A stretch of DNA of 64,000 nucleotides from Promethearchaeota archaeon (GTDB taxonomy: Archaea; Asgardarchaeota; Lokiarchaeia; Sigyniarchaeales; SOKP01): assembly GCA_011364925.1 (NCBI GenBank), contig RDOA01000006.1:52161-116160 (forward strand), read 5' to 3'. Under the pieces are notes generated by a model. The model did not search any database, had not been told where the DNA came from, and saw only the letters and a program-made list of their open reading frames with translations. Position numbers and translations under genes: made by a program. Positions 49,104 to 59,529 of the stretch are shown in pieces; the stretch's first letter is position 1, and the number at the start of each line of letters is the position of its first letter.

Positions 49104-50492
49104 ATGACGCCTAATGTGTTAATTACAGGTGGCCTTGGATATATTGGTAGTGTTCTATACGAGATTCTACAAGAAGAGGGCTGGAATGTAGAGATTTTAG
49201 ATAATCATCTCTACAAAGAACTTAAACCTACTAATCCCTTTATAGATGTAGACATAAGAGACAAGGATACCTTAAAGAAGCATATACAAAATTACGATGT
49301 TATAATTAATTTAGCAGCAGTTGTTGGAGATCCCGCCTGTTTGATTGATACAAATCTAGCTATAGATATAAATTGCATTGGAACTAGATATATTGCTGAA
49401 CTTTGCAACAAATACAATAAGAAAATAGTTCATATTAGCACATGCAGTATTTATGGAAGTGAACCTAATGTCATTGTAAAAGAAGAAGACGAAGGCTTTC
49501 CAATTGATTTTTATGGACAAACAAAATATACTCAAGAGCGTATAGTGAGAGATATATGCCACGATAACTTTTGTGTTTTACGATTAGGTACAGCATACGG
49601 TTTAAGTCCTAGAATGAGATACGATTTAGTTGTAAACACTTTTGCCGCAAGAGCGATTAAATTCAATAAAATCACAGTTTTTGGTGGAAAACAGGAAAGA
49701 CCTTTCGTTCACATAAGAGATATTTCAAGAGCAATAGTTCATGTAATTAAAAATGACTTAACAGGAGTTTATAATGTAAGAGGCGAAAATCTAAGCCTTT
49801 TGAAATTGAGTGAAATTGTAAAAGAGATTACAAGTTGTCAAGTTGAGATAAACACAAATATAACCGACAATAGGAGTTATATGGTTGATAGCACTAAATT
49901 ACTCAGCACTGGTTTCGAGTTTAAGTATCATATAGCTGATGCAATAGAAGAAATTAAAAATTCTCCAACGGCTTTAGAGATGCACAAGGGAATATATTCT
50001 AATATGAAGCTAGCTGAAAGGATTAGAATAGATAGGACTATTGGAATGAAGGATTTGCAAATTATTCCTGGAGGAATCGCTGTTGATGATCGAGGGAGTC
50101 TGTCTTTTGCTAATGACTTCAATTTCTATGGTGTGAAAAGATTTTATCAAGTTCAAAATTTTTCGACTTCGACAATTCGAGCATTTCATGGGCATTTAAA
50201 AGAAGCTAAATATGTATTTGTAGCAAAGGGATCCGCGATTGTAGCAGCTGTAAAACTAGACAATATTAAGTCTCCTTCTAAAAATCAAAAAGTTAATCGA
50301 TTTATCCTCTCTGATAAAAATCCGCAAGTATTACTTATCCCTCCAAAATACGCAAATGGCTTCAAGCCATTAGAAGAAGACACTCGAATTCTATTCTTTT
50401 CAACTAGTTCTTTAGAAGAAAGTAAGGGTGACGATTATCGCTTCCCTGTTGATTATTGGGGTAACGAAGTCTGGCAGGTAGAAAATCGCTAA
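49104..50492 (+). CDS. Fusion of nucleotide-sugar SDR and RmlC-like cupin (epimerase)
   Basis: GGLGYIG, STCSIYG, YGQTK, then DDRG, IRAFHGH..E.K, IPP..ANGF. Confidence 0.85.
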   Translation: MTPNVLITGGLGYIGSVLYEILQEEGWNVEILDNHLYKELKPTNPFIDVDIRDKDTLKKHIQNYDVIINLAAVVGDPACLIDTNLAIDINCIGTRYIAELCNKYNKKIVHISTCSIYGSEPNVIVKEEDEGFPIDFYGQTKYTQERIVRDICHDNFCVLRLGTAYGLSPRMRYDLVVNTFAARAIKFNKITVFGGKQERPFVHIRDISRAIVHVIKNDLTGVYNVRGENLSLLKLSEIVKEITSCQVEINTNITDNRSYMVDSTKLLSTGFEFKYHIADAIEEIKNSPTALEMHKGIYSNMKLAERIRIDRTIGMKDLQIIPGGIAVDDRGSLSFANDFNFYGVKRFYQVQNFSTSTIRAFHGHLKEAKYVFVAKGSAIVAAVKLDNIKSPSKNQKVNRFILSDKNPQVLLIPPKYANGFKPLEEDTRILFFSTSSLEESKGDDYRFPVDYWGNEVWQVENR

Positions 50493-50520
50493 CTTCAAAT
50501 TATTAGGATGGTGGTAAACC

Positions 50521-51402
50521 ATTAATGTGTTAATTCTCGGTGTCAGTGGAATGCTAGGTTCTATGGTATTTGATTATTTATCAAATAATACCGATTTTAA
50601 AGTCTATGGGACTGTTAGAAATCCGGAATACCAAGAAAAGAATGTAATCTTGTTTGATGCGAACGACACTTCACAGTTAGAGAAGAGAGAATTCCTTGAA
50701 TTGAAGCCAGATTACATTATAAATTGTATCGGAATCACCAAACCCTTCTCGAGAGATGACGATCCAGAAGGTGTTAAAAGAGCTATAACTATAAACTCAG
50801 AATTCCCTTGGAAACTGTCAGAATATACAAAAAAATACAATATTAGGATTATTCAGATTGGCACAGATTGTGTATACTCAGGTAAAAAAGGTTTATATAC
50901 TGAATCTGATAAACACGATCCACTAGATGTATATGGGAAATCTAAAAGTCTAGGTGAAGTGTTTGATGGTTCTGTATTGATTATTAGATGCTCTATAATT
51001 GGCCCAGAGTTAAAGAAAAACAAATCTTTTTTATTAGAGTGGTTTCTAAATCAACCTCAAGGAGGAACAATAAGCGGATATGAACACCACTTATGGAACG
51101 GAATCACTACCCTTCAATTTGCAAAATTATGTGAGAAAATAATAAGATCGAATAGTTACAATGATTTAATAAAAAAATCTTTTGTTCATCATTACACGCC
51201 GAATAATATCGTAAATAAGTACGAATTAATGAACATTTTTAACGAAATTTTCCAAAAAGAATTGAATATAAATAAATTGAATATACCAGAAGAAAAGGTG
51301 GACCGTACTCTCTCATCTGAATACGATCTACTCGACGCCTTTTCTGAGAAGATAGATATTAAGACCGCGATTAAAGAATTGCAAGAATATATGAGTAAAT
51401 AG
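50521..51402 (+). CDS. RmlD-like NDP-4-keto-sugar reductase (ATT or GTG start)
   Basis: ILG.SGMLG, INCIG, TDCVYSG, YGKSK..GE, R.SIIG.E, W.G.TT. Confidence 0.85.
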   Translation: MNVLILGVSGMLGSMVFDYLSNNTDFKVYGTVRNPEYQEKNVILFDANDTSQLEKREFLELKPDYIINCIGITKPFSRDDDPEGVKRAITINSEFPWKLSEYTKKYNIRIIQIGTDCVYSGKKGLYTESDKHDPLDVYGKSKSLGEVFDGSVLIIRCSIIGPELKKNKSFLLEWFLNQPQGGTISGYEHHLWNGITTLQFAKLCEKIIRSNSYNDLIKKSFVHHYTPNNIVNKYELMNIFNEIFQKELNINKLNIPEEKVDRTLSSEYDLLDAFSEKIDIKTAIKELQEYMSK

Positions 51403-51432
51403 GTTTTAGTACAATCTTAATCAGGATTTACT

Positions 51433-52503
51433 TTATCTTGAATATTTTGTTGAGAAGTTTAAAGAATTTCCAATCAAGATATTACATATTTTATCAGCAA
51501 TATTTTTGCCATAGTGAGATACTGGCTCAATTTGATGAGTTAAAGAATATTCTGCAGCGTTGAGCATTTGATCTATATCCATACCAGTTAGGGCGTTTAC
51601 ACCAAGCTCGATTAGATCGATTCTTTCAGTGCTTTCTCTTAAAGTTATACAGGGGGTCCCTAGAATCGCGCATTCCTCTACAACGGTTCCGCTATCAGTT
51701 AAGACTAATTTAGCTTCCTTTTCCATGCCTAGAAACTCTAGAAATCCTTGAGGTGGGATTGTATTAACACCTTCGGGAAATGAAAAACCATACTTTTCCA
51801 TCATGTTTTTTGTTTTGGGCATCAGAATGAATTTGATCTCAATGTTTGATTTTTCATATAATCTTCCTAAAAATGCTAAAATTTTTTCCAAGTTTTCTTT
51901 AATTTCTGTATTTTCTGCTCTATGACAAGTAACTAAATAAAAAGGTGATTTTTGTTGAAATGAAGTCTCTACAGCGTTAACTACTTCAATTATAGGATTG
52001 CCAACAACCCAGCACCTACGTGGATCAATGCCTTCTTTTACTAAATTTTCTCTATGTTCTGGTAAATAACAAATATTCATATCAGCCAAATGATCGATTA
52101 TTACGCGGTTTTTTTCTTCTGGCATTCTCCAATTTTTGCTTCTCATTCCTGCTTCAATGTGAATTAAAGGAATATTTAATTTGGAAGTAGCCAGAGAAAA
52201 CCCTAAACTACTATTGTTATCTCCTAATACAATTACAAAATAAGGATCATTTTCGAGTAATGTTTTTTCGAATTCTATCATTAATTTAGCTACTTGTGTT
52301 GCATGAGTTCCACTTTTTACATCGAGGTTATAATCGGGAGGTCTTACTTCTAATTGGTCATAGAATATTTTATTTAAATTGTAGTCATAATGTTGACCAC
52401 TATCAACTATGATGTTAATAAAATGGTTATCAAGTTTCTTAATAATTTGCGAAAGACGGATAATATCTGGTCTAATCCCAATACAGGTAATAATTTTTTT
52501 CAT
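51433..52503 (-). CDS. UDP-HexNAc 2-epimerase, non-hydrolysing (WecB/CapG-FnlC family)
   Basis: GIRPDIIRLS, GQHYD, LGD, H.EAG.RS, PEE.NR, HRAEN, TDSGTV.EE. Confidence 0.9.
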   Translation of the reverse strand: MKKIITCIGIRPDIIRLSQIIKKLDNHFINIIVDSGQHYDYNLNKIFYDQLEVRPPDYNLDVKSGTHATQVAKLMIEFEKTLLENDPYFVIVLGDNNSSLGFSLATSKLNIPLIHIEAGMRSKNWRMPEEKNRVIIDHLADMNICYLPEHRENLVKEGIDPRRCWVVGNPIIEVVNAVETSFQQKSPFYLVTCHRAENTEIKENLEKILAFLGRLYEKSNIEIKFILMPKTKNMMEKYGFSFPEGVNTIPPQGFLEFLGMEKEAKLVLTDSGTVVEECAILGTPCITLRESTERIDLIELGVNALTGMDIDQMLNAAEYSLTHQIEPVSHYGKNIADKICNILIGNSLNFSTKYSR

Positions 52504-52574
52504 TATTAACTTTAAAGAATTATTTTATTTATTTTTGATTTGTCTTGTTTTTCAATAAAAATAGTTGCGATTCA

Positions 52575-53441
52575 TTACCACAAGAAACCTTTTATTGTTT
52601 TTCTTTTTCTCTTCACATTAAATTTAAACTTTATAAGATAATAAATTAGAAGACTAGCAAGAATATTAAGCGTTAAAGTAAATAATTTTATTTTAGAATA
52701 ACCATATTCACGATCATATACCTTAATTGGACATTCAAGAACCTGATGTTGCGATATTTTAGCTTGAAGAATTTTTTCGGTACAGAACGCATACCCTAAA
52801 AATTTAGCTTCACTAAAGACGGGAATTAATTCTTTGGTAAAAGCGCGAAAACCGTTCTGATTATTCATAACTTTTATCCCAAAAAAGACTCGAAAGAATT
52901 TTTCAACAAATACTTCACCAAGTCTTGTAGTAATCGGTAGACGATAATGATAAGTTCCTAAATATCTTGAACCGATTGTATAATCCGCTTTTCCTTCAAA
53001 TATTGGCTTGATTAACCGAAATATATCTTTAGGGCTGTGCTGTCCATCAGTATCCATGCTTACAATTACATCTCCAGTTGCGTATTGCATTCCTGTTAGA
53101 ATAGCGTTGCCATATCCTCTATTTTCTAGATGATGTATAATTTTAAACTCCTTATAATTCTTTACTTTATGAATTTCTTTAAGGCTATTATCGGTAGAAT
53201 TATCATCGATAATAATAATCTCAATTAATTTACTTTTAGGTAACGCCTCCAAAATTGACCTTATAGTATTTTCTTCATTATACATTGGTAATATTATCGA
53301 TAATAAGATTGATTTTTCGTCTTTTTTAAAGGACTCTAAGAAATTATGCAATTCCCGATAATCAGAAGCAGATGTGGATTTTTTAGCATTAATCTTATTC
53401 ATTGAAGCCATATCTGGTTTCACACGATTTAAAAGCTTCAA
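52575..53441 (-). CDS. Dolichol-phosphate glycosyltransferase (DPM1-like GT2), tandem paralog 1
   Basis: PMYNEE, DDNSTD, NRGYG, MDTDGQH, GSRY, NQNGFRAF. Confidence 0.88.
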   Translation of the reverse strand: MKLLNRVKPDMASMNKINAKKSTSASDYRELHNFLESFKKDEKSILLSIILPMYNEENTIRSILEALPKSKLIEIIIIDDNSTDNSLKEIHKVKNYKEFKIIHHLENRGYGNAILTGMQYATGDVIVSMDTDGQHSPKDIFRLIKPIFEGKADYTIGSRYLGTYHYRLPITTRLGEVFVEKFFRVFFGIKVMNNQNGFRAFTKELIPVFSEAKFLGYAFCTEKILQAKISQHQVLECPIKVYDREYGYSKIKLFTLTLNILASLLIYYLIKFKFNVKRKRKTIKGFLW

Positions 53442-53680
53442 GATAAGACCCTAAGAACTATTAATTTGAAAGATAATACAAATTCCAATAGGTATGAGTT
53501 AGTAAAGAAATGGGATAATCTAATTTAAATTTAATCGTATCGCAAGTGTTTAGGAGAATTATCCTACTAGCTTTTTCCATAAATCTTTTACTAATTAGTA
53601 TACTTTCCTATATAAGAGATTAATGAATACTATATTTCTTTTAGCATTAAAATATTTTGAAAAATGCTTCATTTGAAGCT

Positions 53681-54652
53681 TCAAAATACAGGTTGCGAAG
53701 TGCGTTCGATAAAAAATACAGGGTTAACTTTATCGATATCAATAGTATATTTTAAATGTGCGTAGATTTTATTTCTCTTCACTGACTTTTTAGAGATTTT
53801 TAATTGTCCGGTAGTTAATCTCTTAAAAATGGTAATATTTAGCTTCACTAATAAGTATTGCAAAATACAGGAAAAAAGATTGATAGTTAATGTAGTTAAT
53901 ATTATGTTTGAAGTGCCATATTTTCTATCGTATACTTTTATAGGACATTCTTTTATTCTAAGACCATTCAGTGTAGCTCTTATTATTTGTTCTGTACAAA
54001 AGGCATATCCTTCATATTTGAAATCATTAAAAATTGGGATTATCTTTCTATTGAATGCTCTAAAACCATTTTGGTTGTTCATAATCTTTCTCCCAAAAAA
54101 AATTTGGATCAATTTTTCAATAAGGAGTTCTCCGAGTCTAGTCGAAACAGGTAATTCATAGAAATATGATCCTAAATATCTTGAGCCAATTGTATAATCA
54201 GCTTCATCATCAAATATGGGTTTTATCATTTCGTAAATGTCATACGGGCTATGTTGACCATCAGAATCCATTGTAACGAGTACTTTACCTTGTGCTTCAT
54301 GTATCCCTGTAACAACTGCTGCTCCGTATCCTTTATTTTTTTTATGTTTAATGACTTTTATTTTGTTATCTATATTTACCTTATGTATTTCTTGTAAACT
54401 ATTGTCTGTGGAATGGTCATCAACCACAATCGTCTCTATTATGTCTCCTTTAGGTAAATTTCCTAAAACTTTACCTATGGTATGTTCTTCGTTATACATC
54501 GGTATAATGATTGATAATAAAACCTCATTATCTTGAGTTTTGAACTGATTAATATAATCGTACATTTCACTAAATGGATTATCCCTTAAACTACTTTCTT
54601 TTACTTGTTTACGATGGACTGATGCGTTTTTTACAGATTCTAAAGCTTTCAA
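53681..54652 (-). CDS. Dolichol-phosphate glycosyltransferase (DPM1-like GT2), tandem paralog 2
   Basis: PMYNEE, DDHSTD, NKGYG, MDSDGQH, GSRY, NQNGFRAF. Confidence 0.88.
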   Translation of the reverse strand: MKALESVKNASVHRKQVKESSLRDNPFSEMYDYINQFKTQDNEVLLSIIIPMYNEEHTIGKVLGNLPKGDIIETIVVDDHSTDNSLQEIHKVNIDNKIKVIKHKKNKGYGAAVVTGIHEAQGKVLVTMDSDGQHSPYDIYEMIKPIFDDEADYTIGSRYLGSYFYELPVSTRLGELLIEKLIQIFFGRKIMNNQNGFRAFNRKIIPIFNDFKYEGYAFCTEQIIRATLNGLRIKECPIKVYDRKYGTSNIILTTLTINLFSCILQYLLVKLNITIFKRLTTGQLKISKKSVKRNKIYAHLKYTIDIDKVNPVFFIERTSQPVF

Positions 54653-54781
54653 AAACGATTTCCTTACAATTTATTGTCTGAATTTAATTTTTTTTTTTGA
54701 ACGGTAATATTCTCTAAATTACTAATCAAAAATATAAAGTTATTTCAAGTAAGAAATAAGAAAATTCTTATATTAAAGAGT

Positions 54782-55741
54782 TCAGCAAGAAAGCAACCAT
54801 TCAAATTGGTTTTCTAAACCTAGTTCAATAGACACTTTTGGTTTGAAATTGAGGATTTTCTTCGCTTTTGATATATCTGAATGAGTAACATCAACATCTC
54901 CCTTTTGACGATCTATATACCGAACCTTCTTTTCTGCTTTCGCCACCTCATACATTTTACTAACAAGGTCATTAACTGAAATGGGATTTGATCCTCCAAT
55001 GTTAAATGTTTCACCACATGATTTATCGTTCTCCCCAGCTAATATTAATCCATTAATGATGTCTGATATATATGTAAAATCTCTTTTTTGATTCCCATCA
55101 CCATATATTAATATTTCTTTGTTTTGCAGCATTAGTGAAAAGAATTTTCTTATAGCCATATCAGGACGACTTCGAGGACCATAAACCGTGTAGAATCTCA
55201 ATGAAGCGACGGGAAGATTGTATTCATTGAAATACATATTAGCGTAATGTTCACCACATAATTTCGAAACCGCATATGGTGAGATTGGGTTCTTGGGATG
55301 CTCTTCATCAACGGGAGTGTAAATTGGATTACCATATACTGCTGAGGAAGAGGCATAAATAATTTTTTTAATTGAGGAAGATTTTAATGCGTATTCAAAC
55401 AAGTTAACAGACCCTACAATATTGTTATAAGTCACTTCTGCAGCATTTTCGATTGAATATCTTACGCCAGCTTGAGCCGCTAAATGAAATATATAATCAA
55501 TGTCTTGATTTATTTCGTCAAAAGTTGACAATTCAACTAGATCTGCTTTAAATAACTCGTATTCTTGGTTTTGCTGGTAATTGCGTAAAATTTGTTGTAA
55601 TTGTTCTTCCTTTCCTTGATAGTAATCATTAAAATTATCAATTAGAATTAAAAAATTACTGTTCTTCAAAAGTAGTTCTGTTAAATTTGACCCAATAAAA
55701 CCCGCTGCACCAGTAATCATGATACTTTTATTCTTAATCAT
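54782..55741 (-). CDS. NDP-sugar epimerase, UDP-glucuronate 4-epimerase-like
   Basis: TGAAGFIG, DNFNDYY, HLAAQAGVRYS, PISPYAVSK, RFYTVYGPR.RPDMA. Probable ATG at 55741. Confidence 0.85.
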   Translation of the reverse strand: MIKNKSIMITGAAGFIGSNLTELLLKNSNFLILIDNFNDYYQGKEEQLQQILRNYQQNQEYELFKADLVELSTFDEINQDIDYIFHLAAQAGVRYSIENAAEVTYNNIVGSVNLFEYALKSSSIKKIIYASSSAVYGNPIYTPVDEEHPKNPISPYAVSKLCGEHYANMYFNEYNLPVASLRFYTVYGPRSRPDMAIRKFFSLMLQNKEILIYGDGNQKRDFTYISDIINGLILAGENDKSCGETFNIGGSNPISVNDLVSKMYEVAKAEKKVRYIDRQKGDVDVTHSDISKAKKILNFKPKVSIELGLENQFEWLLSC

Positions 55742-55853
55742 ATTGTTATGAAAAATGATATTTATAAGAATTTTTCTTATTTTCTCGCAGTTTAGAGTAT
55801 GATTTATAACCTTGAAAAGATTAACCTTTTGTTTGATGGAGAATGAATAATTT

Positions 55854-58145
55854 ATGTTTATGTCCAATCTAAAATTAAAAACAGTAAAATTGATTTTTCA
55901 TATACGTAATAATGTTCGTTTCTATTTCTTCATTATTTCATTTATTTCTATAGTGCTATTATTTTTGAAATTAATGAATGTCGAGGCTATTTTTAACTTA
56001 GACACAAAACCGTTATTAAATGTTCCCCTACAATTTTTATGGGTATCTTCTTCAATATTCATCTTGCTGTTCTTGCCATCTTATCCCATCTTTTTTACAA
56101 TCTATAAGAGCGTAAGATTCAATGTATTGGAAAAGTTAAGCCTTATTATAGTTTTAAATTTGAGTTTCTATATTGTGATAGGTTATTTTGGAAATGGGTT
56201 TGGTTTTGCTATAACTGGTATGTATTTTTTTATAGTACTAGTAGCTGTGTATTTCTCGCTTGAAACTACACTATTGATTCATAATATATGGAAAAAAGGT
56301 AAAGACGCTTTAAAATTTAATACATTTCCAAACGAATTTTGGGAGAATTATGATGAGTTTTCATTTATTACTTATCTAAAGAAAAAAATTTCTTGGAGCG
56401 GGTTGTTATTGATTGTATTTACGATTTTATTGATAATCGCATTATTAACAAGCGTGGAAATTTTTGGAGGAACCGATCCATGGTATCATATATTTATAAT
56501 TAAAGTGATAACAACTGCTCACTCTTTACCCCTTAATGAATATTTTGGCGCTATGGGTTTTCATATAATTTTTGCTGTATTGCATTTCTTTTCAGGTATA
56601 GATTTCATAATTATGCCAAATTGTTCTTTATTTTTCACTATTCCAATAACTGCTTTAATCGTTTATAACATTTTGAGAAGGATCTTCTCAAATAAATCGT
56701 TAGCGATTTTTGGAGTTTTCATTTTGCAAATCTCAAGTCTAGGTTATCTTAATTTAACTTTTCAATTCTGGCCTTCAAGCCTTGTATTTATTCAAGGGTT
56801 AACAATTTTTTTTCTATTATATGTCCGCTTAAAAAATTTTATTACAAAAAGTGAGCCTACTTGGAATATTATTTTAAAAGGTTTGCCATTTACTTACTTT
56901 TATGCGGCTTTTACATTTATTGCATTATATCTATCTCACTCTCTAATTGCTTTGATATTCCTTATCTCTTTCGCATGGATTTATATAATTTACCTAGTTA
57001 GGAATTTAATCAGAGGTTTCGATTTTGTTTTAGTGACAATTCTGATAGTAATATTTTTTATATTCTACATTTCCAATGTAAGTACTGGCCATCTAGCGGT
57101 ATTTGGATTCTTGTTCAATTTACCTTGGTATTATATGTTATTCGGGGTAATTCTAATAACTGTGATTGGAGGTCTTATAATTTTTTATTTGCGCGCTCAA
57201 ATTACTTTTGAAGGTGGGAAGTTTAATTTAATCCTACTTGGTAAAAAATTTAAATTCTATACAACCATAGAGAAGTTGATCATTCCGCTTGTATTGATAA
57301 TAACATTAGTGTTCATCGCCATTTTCTTTATTGCAAATATCTTATGGTTAAATTTGGATTTAATGTCAATTTTTTCGGGATTTGAACTCGTTATATTCGT
57401 TATATTAGCTATTTGGGGTTTAGTTGTATTTCAGAATAAACCGAAAGGAAAACCTTTATATTTGTGGTTATTAGCATTTATTTTTCTTGTTTTACTAGGC
57501 TTTATCTCCGATTTATTAAGAGGAGATCTTAGCTTCTTCTCGAGAATATTTTATATTAGTTCTCCAATTTTAGCAACTGGAATCGTATCTTATCTATACA
57601 AAATAATTAAAATGGGAAAGATAAACTTAAGGCATGTTAAAGCGTTTTTTATTATATTGATGTGCTATTCCCCCACGGTTACATATTTAGAACTTTATTC
57701 ATCTATAAACTTTTTTAGTATCGATAATTCGGAACTATCAGCAGTACATTGGTATCTGGACAACTCAGATGAGAAAAATACTCTAGTTTTAGAATTTGGA
57801 TGGAATACTGTATTCGGTTTTTATGATTATCCATATGGAGATAAAAATAGTTCAATCCCCCTTACATACACGCAGAATTATCTGACCTTCAATAATATGC
57901 TTATTAATCCTGATAATCATATCGATGAAGAGGGGAATAATGTATTACAGAACATAAAGAAGCGTTATAAAACTGACGTATTCATTTTACTTACTAAACA
58001 TTTCCTCTCAGTGGATGAAATGCAATTCTACGGAGGATTAACAGAAAAGCAATATGAATCGTATTATTCCCTGACTTATTTGAATAGGATTTTTTCAGTT
58101 AAAAGTGAGAATGGGAATAGTCTACCATATTATTGGGTTATTTAA
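55854..58145 (+). CDS. Large polytopic membrane protein, probable GT-C-fold glycosyltransferase
   Basis: Many TM segments, GTDPWYH after an early TM, C-terminal soluble domain (E.SAV.W). Confidence 0.55.
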   Translation: MFMSNLKLKTVKLIFHIRNNVRFYFFIISFISIVLLFLKLMNVEAIFNLDTKPLLNVPLQFLWVSSSIFILLFLPSYPIFFTIYKSVRFNVLEKLSLIIVLNLSFYIVIGYFGNGFGFAITGMYFFIVLVAVYFSLETTLLIHNIWKKGKDALKFNTFPNEFWENYDEFSFITYLKKKISWSGLLLIVFTILLIIALLTSVEIFGGTDPWYHIFIIKVITTAHSLPLNEYFGAMGFHIIFAVLHFFSGIDFIIMPNCSLFFTIPITALIVYNILRRIFSNKSLAIFGVFILQISSLGYLNLTFQFWPSSLVFIQGLTIFFLLYVRLKNFITKSEPTWNIILKGLPFTYFYAAFTFIALYLSHSLIALIFLISFAWIYIIYLVRNLIRGFDFVLVTILIVIFFIFYISNVSTGHLAVFGFLFNLPWYYMLFGVILITVIGGLIIFYLRAQITFEGGKFNLILLGKKFKFYTTIEKLIIPLVLIITLVFIAIFFIANILWLNLDLMSIFSGFELVIFVILAIWGLVVFQNKPKGKPLYLWLLAFIFLVLLGFISDLLRGDLSFFSRIFYISSPILATGIVSYLYKIIKMGKINLRHVKAFFIILMCYSPTVTYLELYSSINFFSIDNSELSAVHWYLDNSDEKNTLVLEFGWNTVFGFYDYPYGDKNSSIPLTYTQNYLTFNNMLINPDNHIDEEGNNVLQNIKKRYKTDVFILLTKHFLSVDEMQFYGGLTEKQYESYYSLTYLNRIFSVKSENGNSLPYYWVI

Positions 58146-58926
58146 AAACATCATAATTACCAGGGAAGATGTCATCGATTTTATTGCTTAAAATTTTTTT
58201 TTTGTCACCTTCGATCTTAAATATCTTCGGTAAATTGCCTACTTGACCTATTTTGTTATCTCGAGAAATTAATGCTCCTGAAACTCCGTCAATAGTTTCA
58301 GCAACGTCTAACGCGTTTTTTATAGATTTTTCTACATCATATCCCCGAACTAAGTTTGCTATTCTTGTCGCGGCGCAATCAGCTAAAGTGGCTGTATTTG
58401 CAAATATAGTCACCGCATCTGCTTGACCCAAGCTGATTGCATGCCCTATTGTAGCCGAACTTGTTCCAATTCCAATAGGACAATCTTTTTTTTCAATCAG
58501 GAATCCAATATTTAAATTAAGTTCGTTTAATCCAGCAAATAGTGCGATCTTCATTTCTTTTTCCGAATCCACTGCAATTTCACCACCATTTTCAACTAAA
58601 GCAATTTTTGCTGGAATAAAATCTGGTCCGTTTCCTTTTTTCATAGCATTTAACATAAGATCAGCTAAGGCACCTGCTATAGCAGCCATTGGACCAACAT
58701 CACATTTAACTGATGCTTCGCTCATTAAATTTAGAACTTCAAATTCCGTTTTAATTTTGATGGGAGTAAAAGAAGTAAGGAAATTATTGTTTTCTGCTAT
58801 ATACTTCTCTAATATCAAACGATTATTAACTAAACTTTCTTTTGCTTTTAGAATAGCAGCTTTCGATTCTGAAATTAAAGTAACATTAGATTCCTTTTCT
58901 AGTAAATGATATTTATATATTTTCAT
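58138..58926 (-). CDS. UPF0280 (ApbE-like) family protein
   Basis: VGPMAAIAGA, VENGGEIA, TSSAT.GH..S.G.ADAVT, ADCAAT...N. Confidence 0.9.
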   Translation of the reverse strand: MKIYKYHLLEKESNVTLISESKAAILKAKESLVNNRLILEKYIAENNNFLTSFTPIKIKTEFEVLNLMSEASVKCDVGPMAAIAGALADLMLNAMKKGNGPDFIPAKIALVENGGEIAVDSEKEMKIALFAGLNELNLNIGFLIEKKDCPIGIGTSSATIGHAISLGQADAVTIFANTATLADCAATRIANLVRGYDVEKSIKNALDVAETIDGVSGALISRDNKIGQVGNLPKIFKIEGDKKKILSNKIDDIFPGNYDVFK

Positions 58927-59008
58927 TTAGACTTTAATGCGACTGTTATTTAATTAAATATATATAAATTAGATTTTATTAATTATTCAAAATTTTATTA
59001 CTCATATT

Positions 59009-59497
59009 ATGAAGCAAATAAACTACGATGATATCATCGCACAATTGAAAAGTGAGCTAAATTCTGAATGTGCGATTGCAAATATATATGGAATTGTCTT
59101 AGCATCCAATATAAAAGAATTTTCTAAAGGAAAAATAATTCCCGATAAAATACTTTCTCTTATTGGAAGTTCTAAAGATATTGCTGAAGAGTTAAATCTG
59201 AATAAAATTAATTCATTTGCTTTAGAAGCTCACGAGTTTAATTATTTATTTACTTTTGGTGGAGAATTAATATTAATCTCTAAGTTAAGTTTAAACATGA
59301 ATTTAGCGAAATATATGCCTTCTATTTCAGTCTTTTTAAAAAAATTAAGCGAAAAGCACAAAAAACAAGAAATTAACGAGTTTTCAATTTTTGATTTTTC
59401 AAAAGAGATTCAAAAAATTAAAGAGACTTTTCAGACCAAGAAGGGTAAAGACGATAAATATTCTATAATTAAAGATCTTGTCAAATACATTGCGTGA
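59009..59497 (+). CDS. Roadblock/LAMTOR-like domain protein
   Basis: Helix, CAIAN.YG.VLAS, helix (IAEELNL), beta strands, helix pattern. Directly upstream of a GTPase gene. Confidence 0.6.
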   Translation: MKQINYDDIIAQLKSELNSECAIANIYGIVLASNIKEFSKGKIIPDKILSLIGSSKDIAEELNLNKINSFALEAHEFNYLFTFGGELILISKLSLNMNLAKYMPSISVFLKKLSEKHKKQEINEFSIFDFSKEIQKIKETFQTKKGKDDKYSIIKDLVKYIA

Positions 59498-59529
59498 TAA
59501 TGAAATTAGGGTAAATTAGGTGAAATAAT

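Noticed and set aside
54782-54787. Cys-TGA ending as a possible selenocysteine readthrough
   Set aside because: The SDR domain is already complete, another stop follows within three codons, and no SECIS-like hairpin was seen.
55742-55867. Apparent head-to-head overlap of the 54782 and 55854 ORFs
   Set aside because: The SDR most likely starts at ATG 55741 (MIKNKSIMITGAAG), which removes the overlap.
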